Shown piece by piece: positions 55,709 through 64,000 of a DNA stretch of 64,000 bases (position 1 is its first letter; every line of letters begins with the position of its first letter). Under the pieces are notes generated by a model, which saw nothing but the letters and a program-made list of their open reading frames with translations, did no database searches and was not told the DNA's origin. The translations under genes were made by a program, and so were the position numbers. This DNA comes from Kofleriaceae bacterium (lineage in GTDB: Bacteria; Myxococcota_A; Polyangia; Haliangiales; Haliangiaceae), in contig JBKJLC010000083.1 of NCBI GenBank assembly GCA_046597055.1, forward strand, positions 13,894-77,893, given 5' to 3'.

Positions 55709-57313
55709 GTGGCGCGCTGGACCGCGATCGCCGGGGTCGGGGCGCTCCTCGTGTGGGTGGGGTGCGACCGCGACCGACTCGGCTTCGGTTCGGCCGACCC
55801 GAACGAAGGGCGTTCGCGCGACACCGTGATCGTCGGGCGCCCGGCCGATGCGATCTCGCTCGATCCGGCCCGACCTACCGACGACGAGTCGGCCGAGGTG
55901 ATCGCGCAGGTCTACGAGACCCTGGTGCGCTACCCGCCGGGCGCGACCACGATCACGCCGGGCCTGGCCGTGCGGTGGGAGGCCGACGCGGCCGGGACCG
56001 CGTGGACCTTCCACCTGCGACCCGGGGTGGTCTTCCACGACGACACGCCGTTCGACGCCGATGCGGTCGTGTTCAGCTTCGAGCGCCAGCGCGATCCCGG
56101 CCACCCTGCGCACACCGGCACCTTCAACTACTGGGAGAACTCGTTCAAGAGCATCGTCTCGGTCGAGCGGGTCGACGCGCTGACGGTCCGCTTTCGCATC
56201 GTCAGTCGCTACGCGCCGTTCCTCGCCAACCTGACGATGTTCCCGATGTCGATCGTGTCACCGACGGCGGTGCGCGCAGCAGGCGCGGCGTTCTGGGAGC
56301 GCCCGGTCGGCACCGGGCCGTTCCGGGTCGAGCGCTGGGACCACGACGACCGCATCGTGCTCGCGCGCCACGAGCGCTACTGGGGCCCGGCGCCGGCGCT
56401 GAGCACGGTCGTGTTCGAGGTGATCCCCGACGCCCGCCAGCGCCTGATCGAGCTCGAGAGCGGGGCGATCGACCTCGCGCTCGCGATCCTCCCCGAAGAG
56501 CTGCAGTTCGTCGCGCTCCATCCCGGCCTGGTGCTGCACCGGCCGTCGACCAACAACGTCACCTACCTGGCGATGAACTGTCAGCGCCCGCCGTTCGACG
56601 ACGTGCGAGTGCGGCGCGCGATCAACCTGGCGATCAACAAGACGCCGATCGTGCGGCTCGCGTATCACGGGCTGGCCAGCCCGGCCGACGGGCCGTTGCC
56701 GCCGACCCAGTGGGGTCACCTGCCCGGGCCGGCGTCGCGCTACGCGCCAGCCGAGGCGCGGGCGCTGCTCGCCGAGGCGGTCGCCGCGGGCACGCTCGAC
56801 CTGGCGCGCACGTACACGCTGTACGCGCCGGCGACGCCGCGGCCGTACCTGCCGAGTCCGGACCGGGTGGTGCGGGTCATCAAGAGCAACCTCGAGCAGG
56901 TCGGGCTGCACACGCGCATCATCCAGCAGCCGTTCGAGGCCCACCTCGCCGACACCGAGGCCGGCCACCACGATCTCGCGCTGGCCGGGTGGGTCGGCGA
57001 CAACGGCGACCCCGACAACTACCTGTTCCTCCTGTTCGACCAGGCCAACACGGTGCCCGGGCTGGCCCGCAACATCGCCTTCTATCGCGACGCCGAGGTG
57101 TCGCGGTTGCTGCGCCAGGCCCAGATCGCGGCGACGCGCGGCGAGCGCGAGGCGCTCTACGCCGAGGTCCAGCGCCGGCTCGCCGCCGACGCGCCCTGGG
57201 TCCCGCTCGCGCACTCGCAGCCCGCGATCGCGGCGCGTGCCGACCTCGCCGGCGTGACGGTGAGCCGGTCGGGCCACGTCGTCTACCCCGGGTTGCGGCG
57301 GGTGCGGCGGTGA
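55709..57313 (+). CDS. ABC-type peptide substrate-binding lipoprotein (family 5, DppA-like)
   Basis: WVGC lipobox; SLDPA, YETLV, PGLAVRW, LRPGVVFHD, PVGTGPF, GWVGDNGDPDNYL. Confidence 0.9.
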   Translation: MARWTAIAGVGALLVWVGCDRDRLGFGSADPNEGRSRDTVIVGRPADAISLDPARPTDDESAEVIAQVYETLVRYPPGATTITPGLAVRWEADAAGTAWTFHLRPGVVFHDDTPFDADAVVFSFERQRDPGHPAHTGTFNYWENSFKSIVSVERVDALTVRFRIVSRYAPFLANLTMFPMSIVSPTAVRAAGAAFWERPVGTGPFRVERWDHDDRIVLARHERYWGPAPALSTVVFEVIPDARQRLIELESGAIDLALAILPEELQFVALHPGLVLHRPSTNNVTYLAMNCQRPPFDDVRVRRAINLAINKTPIVRLAYHGLASPADGPLPPTQWGHLPGPASRYAPAEARALLAEAVAAGTLDLARTYTLYAPATPRPYLPSPDRVVRVIKSNLEQVGLHTRIIQQPFEAHLADTEAGHHDLALAGWVGDNGDPDNYLFLLFDQANTVPGLARNIAFYRDAEVSRLLRQAQIAATRGEREALYAEVQRRLAADAPWVPLAHSQPAIAARADLAGVTVSRSGHVVYPGLRRVRR

Positions 57314-60129
57314 GCGTGATCCGGTCCGCCGCCGCGGTCGGGCGCGCGCTGAGCTGGCCGGTGCGGCGGCTGGCGCGGACCCGGCTGCGCACCAAGCTGG
57401 CGTTGTCGCTGTCGGTGGCGGCGCTGCTGCCGATGCTGATCGTCGCGTCGCTGGCCTCGGGGGTGGTGCTGGGGACGCTCGAGCGCGGCCTGAAGGACGA
57501 CGTGCAGCGCCAGCTCGACGTCGCGCTCAACCTCGGCCTGCGCGCAGTCGAGCGGCTGGGCGACGACGCGGTCCAGCTGGCCAGCGACGGCGATCTCGCC
57601 CGGGCGGTGCCGCTCGGCGAGACCGCGGTGATCGACGTGCTGGCCCGCACCGCGCCGCACGTGCCGTCGGCGCTGATCCAGGTGATGACCGCCGACGGTC
57701 GCCCGGTGGCGTCGGTGGTGATCGGCGGCGATCGGGCCCGGTTCGGCGAGCTCGCGGTCGACGGCCGCTCGCCGGTGGCGGAGGCCGCGGCCGCCGGGTC
57801 GCGGCCGGTCACCCTCGAGCTGTCGCCGGCTGGCGTGGTGGTGCGGGCGGCCGCGCCGGTGGTCGACAGCTCGCTGGCCCTGACCGGGTTGATCGTGCTG
57901 AGCGTGCCGCTCGACGGCGACTTCGCCGATGCGATCAAGAGCGCGCTCGGCGCCGACGTCCTGGTCGGCAGCTTCAACGCCGGGGTCGCGACCTCGACCG
58001 TGCGCGATCGGGTCGGCCGCCGGCTGGCCGCGGTCCAGGTCCCGACCGGGGTGCTGGCCGCGGTGCGCGCGGGGCGCCGGCCGGTGTCGACCCTGTCGAT
58101 CGCCCGTCGCGAGCACGCGGTGGCGTGGGCGGCGCTCGAGGACGATCGCGGCAACCCGCTGGGCCTGTTCGCGGTCGCGATCGATCGCCAGTCGCTGTCG
58201 CGCGCGCAGTCGGTCGCGTTCCGCTCGCTTGCGATCGGCGCGGCGGTGGCGCTGGTGTTCGCGTTGACCCTGGCCGGGCTGCTCGCCCGCCGGGTCGGCC
58301 AGCCGATCAACAAGCTGCACCGCGGCGCGCTGGCGGTCGCGCGCGGCGATCTCGATCACCACATCGAGGTCGCCGAGGGCGACGAGATCGGCGATCTGGC
58401 GCTGGCGTTCGCGCAGATGACGAGCGCGCTCAAGGAGAACCAGCTGCGGCTGGCCGCCCGCATGCGCGAGATGGTCGCGATCCACGACGCCGGGCGCACG
58501 ATGTCGTCGGTGATCGACCTCGGCCAGGTGTCGGCCAAGATCGTCGACTCGGTCGCGCGGGTGTTCGAGGTGCGGCTGTGCGCGCTGTTCCTGATCGGCG
58601 CCGGCGGGCGGCTCGACCAGCCCCGGCTGACGGTCGCGGGGGCCCGGATCCGGCGCGATCTCGGCATCACCCTGGTCGGCGCCGCCGGCGCGGCCAGCAC
58701 GGCCGCCGCCCACCTCGACCCGGTCGCGGCCCAGGTCGCCCGGCTGCGCGCGACCCTGCGGGTCGACGACGCCGGCGCCGATCCCCGCCGGCGCGAGGCC
58801 GCGCTGGCCGCCGGCATCGACGGCTCGCTGATGGCGACCCCGCTCGAGCGCAAGGGCGTGGTGGTCGGCGTGCTGGTGGTCGGGCGGACCCGGATTCAGC
58901 CGGCGTTCCTCGAGGCCGACGCCAATCTCCTCGCGACCTTCGCCGATCAGGCCGCGGCCGCGATCGAGAACGCCCGGCTGTACGAGCAGGTCCGCGACGC
59001 GTCGGAGGAGCTCGAGGCCAAGGTCCGCCTGCGCACCGCGGAGCTGACCGCGATCAACGCCGAGGTCGGCCGCGCGTTCGCCGAGCTGCGCGAGACCCAG
59101 GCCCAGCTGGTGCTGTCGGAGCGCATGGCCGGGCTCGGCCTGCTGGTCGCCGGCGTCGCGCACGAGATCAACTCGCCGTCCGCTGCGATCCGCGGCGCGG
59201 TCGACGCGATGACGTCGTCGATCGGCGCGGTCGAGGAGCCGATGCGCCAGATCACGACCGCGGTCGCCGATCCCGCCCACCGCGACGGTGTGTTCCGGGT
59301 GGTCGACGGGCTCGGCAAGGAGCTCGCCAGCCGCCGGCTGCCGACCGGCGCGTCGGTGCGGCGGGCCGCCAAGGAGCTGCGCGGCCGGCTGGTCGCGGTG
59401 GTCGGCGAGGCCCGGGCCGGCGAGCTGGCCCGCCGACTGGCCGAGTGCGGCGCCGACGAGGCGAACATCGACGACCTGATCGCCCGGGTGCCGGCGGGCG
59501 CCGCGGCCGCGGTGCTGGCCTACCTGGTCGAGCACACCGACCTGCACCGCAACGCGTTCATCATCGGCAACGCGATCGCCCGCATCCAGCGCATCGTGGG
59601 CGCGCTCAAGACGTATTCCCACCTCGACGAGGAGCCGACCCGGGTCGGCGCCGACCTCCACGAGGGCATCGAGACCACCCTCGTCCTGTTCGCTCACGCG
59701 CTGCGTGATATAACGGTCATCAGACGGTTCGGACAGTTGCCCGCGGTGCCGATCTTCGTCGATGAGCTCAACCAGGTGTGGACGAACCTGATCCAGAACG
59801 CCGTCCAGGCGCTTGGCGGGAAGGGCACGATCACGATCGAGACCGCACCCGCGGTCCGCGCCCGTGACGGCGCCGCCGGCGTCGCGGTCAGCGTGACCGA
59901 CGACGGTCCCGGCATTGCCCCCGAGATCCAGCCGCGGATCTTCGAGCCGTTCTTCACCACCAAGCCCAAGGGCGAGGGCACCGGGCTCGGGCTTGGCATC
60001 GTCGCGACCATCGTGGCCAAGCACGGCGGTGAGGTCGGGTGCGGGTCAGCGCCGGGCCGCACCGCGTTCGAGGTGTGGCTGCCGGTCTCCGCGCCTGGCT
60101 ACGTCGCGGACGGAGGCCCGCCACCATGA
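57310..60129 (+). CDS. Sensor histidine kinase (periplasmic sensor, HAMP, GAF, HisKA, HATPase)
   Basis: GTGA overlap; two TMs; DEIGDLALAF; FADQAAAAIENARL; AGVAHEINSP; NLIQNA, DDGPGI, FFTTK, GTGLGL. Confidence 0.92.
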   Translation: MSVIRSAAAVGRALSWPVRRLARTRLRTKLALSLSVAALLPMLIVASLASGVVLGTLERGLKDDVQRQLDVALNLGLRAVERLGDDAVQLASDGDLARAVPLGETAVIDVLARTAPHVPSALIQVMTADGRPVASVVIGGDRARFGELAVDGRSPVAEAAAAGSRPVTLELSPAGVVVRAAAPVVDSSLALTGLIVLSVPLDGDFADAIKSALGADVLVGSFNAGVATSTVRDRVGRRLAAVQVPTGVLAAVRAGRRPVSTLSIARREHAVAWAALEDDRGNPLGLFAVAIDRQSLSRAQSVAFRSLAIGAAVALVFALTLAGLLARRVGQPINKLHRGALAVARGDLDHHIEVAEGDEIGDLALAFAQMTSALKENQLRLAARMREMVAIHDAGRTMSSVIDLGQVSAKIVDSVARVFEVRLCALFLIGAGGRLDQPRLTVAGARIRRDLGITLVGAAGAASTAAAHLDPVAAQVARLRATLRVDDAGADPRRREAALAAGIDGSLMATPLERKGVVVGVLVVGRTRIQPAFLEADANLLATFADQAAAAIENARLYEQVRDASEELEAKVRLRTAELTAINAEVGRAFAELRETQAQLVLSERMAGLGLLVAGVAHEINSPSAAIRGAVDAMTSSIGAVEEPMRQITTAVADPAHRDGVFRVVDGLGKELASRRLPTGASVRRAAKELRGRLVAVVGEARAGELARRLAECGADEANIDDLIARVPAGAAAAVLAYLVEHTDLHRNAFIIGNAIARIQRIVGALKTYSHLDEEPTRVGADLHEGIETTLVLFAHALRDITVIRRFGQLPAVPIFVDELNQVWTNLIQNAVQALGGKGTITIETAPAVRARDGAAGVAVSVTDDGPGIAPEIQPRIFEPFFTTKPKGEGTGLGLGIVATIVAKHGGEVGCGSAPGRTAFEVWLPVSAPGYVADGGPPP

Positions 60130-61223
60130 GCGCGATGTCGTCCGCCAGCGGCGTGATGAGCGGCCACCACCCGCGCGAGACCATCCTGTGCGTCGACGAC
60201 GAGGAGGGCGTGCTCCACGCGCTGCGCACCCAGCTGACGGCGCGGTTCGGTCACGAGTGTGACATCGCCACCGCGTCGTCGGGCGCCGACGCGCTCGAGC
60301 TGCTCGACGAGCTGGAGCGCGACGGCGAGCGGGTCGCGGTCGTGATCGCCGACCAGATCATGCCGGGCATGAAGGGCGTCGAGCTGCTCGAGCTGGTCGA
60401 TCGGCGCTCGCCGACCACGACCAAGATCCTGCTGACTGGCCAGGCCGGCCTCGACGCGGTGGTGAGCGCGATCAATCGCGCCAACCTCAACCACTACCTG
60501 TCGAAGCCGTGGGACGAGTCGTCGCTGCGGCTCGCGGTCGAGAACCTGCTGCGCCAGTACCGGCTGACCGAGGAGAACCGGCAGCTGATCGCGACCCTGT
60601 CGGCCAAGAATCAGGCGCTGCTCGAGATGAACCGCGAGCTCGAGGCCAAGATCCACGAGCGCACCCACGAGCTGGCCGAGGCCAACTCGCGGCTGGCTCA
60701 GCTCGCGGTCACCGACGGCCTGACCGGGCTCTACAACCACCGCCACTTCCACGAGCGGCTCGCGCTCGAGGTCGAGCGCAGCGCCCGCAACGGCCTGCCG
60801 CTGTCGCTCCTGATGATCGACGTTGATCATTTCAAGCACTACAACGATCACCACGGCCACCCGGCCGGCGACGACGTGCTGCGCTCGCTGGCGCGGCTGC
60901 TCAGCGAGGGTCGCCGCGTGAACGACATGGTCGCGCGCTACGGCGGCGAGGAGTTCAGCGTGATCCTGGTCGATACCGCCAAGTTCACCGCCGCCAAGAT
61001 CGGCGAGCGCATCCGCGAGCGCGTCGCGACCTTCCCGTTCGCGCACGGCGGCGACCAGCCGGGCGGTCACGTCGCCATCTCGGTCGGCGTCGCCTCGTTC
61101 CCCGACGACGCCGGCGAGTCGGAGTCGATGATCCGCGCCGCCGACGACGCGCTCTACGCGGCCAAGCACGCCGGCCGCAACACCGTCGTGCTGGCGCCCC
61201 CGGCTCAGGTCGAGTCGACGTGA
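60126..61223 (+). CDS. Response regulator diguanylate cyclase (REC-GGDEF)
   Basis: ATGA overlap; VDDE, IADQIMPG, SKPW; DGLTGLYN, DVDHFK, RVND I-site, RYGGEEF. Confidence 0.93.
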   Translation: MSAMSSASGVMSGHHPRETILCVDDEEGVLHALRTQLTARFGHECDIATASSGADALELLDELERDGERVAVVIADQIMPGMKGVELLELVDRRSPTTTKILLTGQAGLDAVVSAINRANLNHYLSKPWDESSLRLAVENLLRQYRLTEENRQLIATLSAKNQALLEMNRELEAKIHERTHELAEANSRLAQLAVTDGLTGLYNHRHFHERLALEVERSARNGLPLSLLMIDVDHFKHYNDHHGHPAGDDVLRSLARLLSEGRRVNDMVARYGGEEFSVILVDTAKFTAAKIGERIRERVATFPFAHGGDQPGGHVAISVGVASFPDDAGESESMIRAADDALYAAKHAGRNTVVLAPPAQVEST

Positions 61224-62239
61224 CCGCGGCCGAGGCCCTGCCGATCGCCGTCATCGGCGCCGGCAGCTACGGGACCTGCCTCGCGATCCTGCTGGCCAAG
61301 GCCGGGCACCAGGTGACGTTCTGGGCGCGCAGCCCCGACACCGCCGCCGAGCTGGCGCGCACCCGCGAGAATCGCCCGTACCTGCCCGGCTTCGAGCTGC
61401 CGGCCGCGCTCGAGGTCACCGCCGATCTCCAGCGGGCGGTGACCGGCCAGGCGATCGTGATCGGGGTGACCCCGTCGCACGCGATCCGCGCCGTGCTCGG
61501 CGGCGCCGCGCGCTGGCTGGATCCCGACGTGGTGCTGGTCAACGCCAGCAAGGGCCTCGAGGAGGGCACGCTGGCGACCATCGACGAGGTCTACCGGCAG
61601 ATCATGCCGGCGCGGATCGCGGCGCGCGCCACCTTCCTGTCGGGGCCGACCTTCGCGGCCGAGATCGCGGCCGGGATGCCATCGGCGATCGTGCTGGCCG
61701 GGCGCGATCCCGAGACCACCCGGCTCGTGCAGCGCGCGCTGTCGACCGATCGCTTCCGCCCGTACTCGAGCGACGACGTGGTCGGCGTCCTGGTCGGCGG
61801 CGCGATCAAGAACGTCATCGCGATCGCCGCCGGCGTGTCCGACGGCCTCGGCTTCGGCTCCAACGCGCGCGCCGCGCTCATCACCCGCGGCCTGGCCGAG
61901 ATCACCCGGATCGGGGTCGCCATGGGTGCGCACCCGGCGACCTTCTCGGGCCTGTCGGGCATGGGCGATCTGGTCCTGACCTGCTCGAGCGACACCTCGC
62001 GCAACCGCAAGGTCGGGCTCGCGCTGGGGCAGGGCCGCGCGATGGCCGAGATCCTCGCCGACATGCGGATGGTCGCCGAGGGCGTGAAGACCACCAAGGT
62101 CGCCTATCAGCTGGCCCAGACGCTCGGGGTGCCGGCGCCGCTCACCGAGGTGATGCACGCCGTCATCCACGAGGCGGCGCCCGCCCGCGACGCGATGACC
62201 CGCCTGATGAGCCGCTCGCTCCGGCGCGAGCAGGACTGA
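61220..62239 (+). CDS. gpsA: NAD(P)H-dependent glycerol-3-phosphate dehydrogenase
   Basis: GAGSYGT, ASKGLE, LSGPTFA, KNVIAIAAG, GDLVLTC, SRN. Confidence 0.95.
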   Translation: MTAAEALPIAVIGAGSYGTCLAILLAKAGHQVTFWARSPDTAAELARTRENRPYLPGFELPAALEVTADLQRAVTGQAIVIGVTPSHAIRAVLGGAARWLDPDVVLVNASKGLEEGTLATIDEVYRQIMPARIAARATFLSGPTFAAEIAAGMPSAIVLAGRDPETTRLVQRALSTDRFRPYSSDDVVGVLVGGAIKNVIAIAAGVSDGLGFGSNARAALITRGLAEITRIGVAMGAHPATFSGLSGMGDLVLTCSSDTSRNRKVGLALGQGRAMAEILADMRMVAEGVKTTKVAYQLAQTLGVPAPLTEVMHAVIHEAAPARDAMTRLMSRSLRREQD

Positions 62240-62352
62240 CCGCGACCGGGCCGCCGGTTACGCCTCGGAGATCGTCCCAGGCCTGCGCGGCGCGCTCGGC
62301 GGCCCAAGCAGGGGCACACCGGCGACGCATCGTGTAATGTTTGCCACGCCCA

Positions 62353-63384
62353 ATGCTCGGGTATGTCCTCGATGAAGTCTTCGTGCACCACCGTGCGCCG
62401 TCCGGACACCCGGAGCGCCCGGCGCGGGCCGAGGCCGTGCGCGATGCGCTGTACGCGGCCGGGCTGCGCGAGCACGGTCAGCAGGTCGCGGTGCGGCCGG
62501 CGCGCGACGAGGAGCTGGCGCGGGTCCACACCGGCGCGTACCTCGACGAGCTGACCCGGGTCGTGCCCGGCAACACCGGCTGGCTCGATCCCGACACCTA
62601 CTACTCGCCGGGCACGTGGGACGCGGTGCTGGCCGCGGCCGGCTCGGTCAGCGAGCTCGCGCTGCAGGTTCTGTCGGGCCAGCTGTCGAGCGGGCTCGCG
62701 GTCGTCCGGCCGCCCGGACATCACGCCGAGACCCACCGCGCGATGGGCTTCTGCCTGGTCAACAACGTCGCGGTCGCCGCGGCCGCGGCGCGGGCGGCGG
62801 GCGCGGCGCGGGTCGCGATCCTCGACTGGGACGTGCACCACGGCAACGGCACCCAGCAGATCTTCTGGGACGACCCGAACGTGATGTACCTGTCGTCGCA
62901 CCAGTTCCCGTTCTATCCGGGTACCGGCGCCCCCGACGAGATCGGCGGCGCCCAGGCCCGCGGCGCGACCGTCAACGTCGGGCTGCCAGCCGGCTCGGGC
63001 GATCGCGACTACCTCGCCGCCTTCGATCACGTGCTGATCCCCGCGATCCGCCGGTTCCGCCCCGATCTGGTCCTGGTCTCGGCTGGCTTCGATGCCCACC
63101 ACGCCGATCCGCTGGCCGCGATGCGGGTGACCCGGTCCGGCTTCGTCGGCATGGCGGCGCGGGTCCGCGCGATCGCCGACGAGGTCTGCGCCGGGCGCTG
63201 GGTGGTCGCGCTCGAGGGCGGCTACGATCTGGCCGGGCTGGGCGAAGGCGCGACCGCCGCGCTGGCCGCGCTCGGCGCGCAGGCGCCGGCGCGGTTCGAC
63301 CCGACCCCGCTCGCCGACGCGGCCGAGCCCGCGCAGGCAGCGATCGCGGCGACCTTGCGCGCCCACCAGGAGCAGGCCCCGTGA
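62353..63384 (+). CDS. Zn-dependent deacetylase (histone deacetylase family)
   Basis: HPERPAR, RPPGHHA, GFC, DWDVHHGNGTQ, SAGFDAH, LEGGY. Confidence 0.95.
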   Translation: MLGYVLDEVFVHHRAPSGHPERPARAEAVRDALYAAGLREHGQQVAVRPARDEELARVHTGAYLDELTRVVPGNTGWLDPDTYYSPGTWDAVLAAAGSVSELALQVLSGQLSSGLAVVRPPGHHAETHRAMGFCLVNNVAVAAAAARAAGAARVAILDWDVHHGNGTQQIFWDDPNVMYLSSHQFPFYPGTGAPDEIGGAQARGATVNVGLPAGSGDRDYLAAFDHVLIPAIRRFRPDLVLVSAGFDAHHADPLAAMRVTRSGFVGMAARVRAIADEVCAGRWVVALEGGYDLAGLGEGATAALAALGAQAPARFDPTPLADAAEPAQAAIAATLRAHQEQAP

Positions 63385-64000
63385 TCTACGCCCACGCCGA
63401 GCCGGCGGCTCCGGTCCCGTTCGGCCAGCGCTACTGGCTGGTGCGACCGCTCGCCACCGGCGGCATGGCCGAGATCTACCTGGCGCGGCAGAACGCGATG
63501 GCGGGGTTCGAGAAGGACATCGTCATCAAGCGGCTCAAGCCCGAGCTCGCGGTCGACTCGCGGATCGTCGACATGTTCCTCGACGAGGCGCGGGTCGGCG
63601 CGCTGCTCAACCACCCCAACATCGTCCACGTCTACGACGTCGACGAGGAGGGTGGCATCCCGTACATCGCGATGGAGTACATCGTCGGTGAGGAGCTCAA
63701 CCAGCTGTGCCGGCGCGGGCTCACGCACGACAAGTTCCTGCCGCTGCCCCACGCGGTCGAGCTGATCCGCCAGGCCGCCGCCGGCATGGGTTACTTCCAC
63801 GCCAAGCGCGGCGCACCCGACGGCGCGACCCCCGGCCAGGGCTACGACATCGTCCACTGCGACATCTCGCCGACCAACCTGCTCATCACCGTGGACGGCT
63901 TCCTCAAGGTCATCGACTTCGGCATCGCGCGCGCTCGCGGCGGACGGTCGCGTCAGGAGGAGCACGCGCTTCCCGGCAAGCTGTCGTACATGTCGCCCGA
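63381..64000 (+). CDS. Ser/Thr kinase, N-terminal part (runs off the window)
   Basis: GTGA overlap with the deacetylase stop; ATGGMAEIY, VIKR, HPNIVHV, HCDISPTN, DFG, GKLSYMSP. Confidence 0.9.
   Translation, partial: MIYAHAEPAAPVPFGQRYWLVRPLATGGMAEIYLARQNAMAGFEKDIVIKRLKPELAVDSRIVDMFLDEARVGALLNHPNIVHVYDVDEEGGIPYIAMEYIVGEELNQLCRRGLTHDKFLPLPHAVELIRQAAAGMGYFHAKRGAPDGATPGQGYDIVHCDISPTNLLITVDGFLKVIDFGIARARGGRSRQEEHALPGKLSYMSP

Overview
Very GC-rich bacterial DNA whose gene content points to a myxobacterium: MYXO-CTERM proteins, many Ser/Thr kinases, an FHA-sigma54 activator, a PEGA-like protein, a mevalonate pathway and a myxobacterial-type RAYT. This taxonomic call is inference from content. About 50 CDSs are supportable; I found no rRNA, tRNA or CRISPR array. 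Main blocks: (i) secreted metzincin-like proteins and a large kinase/cyclase-like/NTPase/TPR protein (1-9.8 kb); (ii) a DEDDh exonuclease behind an exact TGTCAG-N10-TA-N3-T promoter motif; (iii) three translationally coupled, atypical ClpA/B-like double-AAA+ ATPases (12.1-21.3 kb); (iv) a RAYT with an upstream three-way-junction element; (v) an FHA/kinase signalling cluster; (vi) a decayed accessory patch with orphan ureF-ureG, an ice-binding DUF3494 protein, an IS66 fragment fused to a truncated AraC-GyrI gene, and TetR with two operators; (vii) a co-directional TatT/TRAP - ubiA - fni - mvk - mvaD - pmk - HMGR - hpnC run; (viii) an orphan DppA-like protein - histidine kinase - diguanylate cyclase - gpsA - deacetylase - kinase run. 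The standout candidate system is block (iii). The three ATPases have apparent tandem HicB-like N-termini, a first ring lacking the catalytic glutamate and no GYVG pore loop, and two of them end in a class-1 release-factor-like module without GGQ. Domain calls come from reading motifs by eye, not from database searches. Several start codons were re-assigned relative to the ORF track and are approximate.
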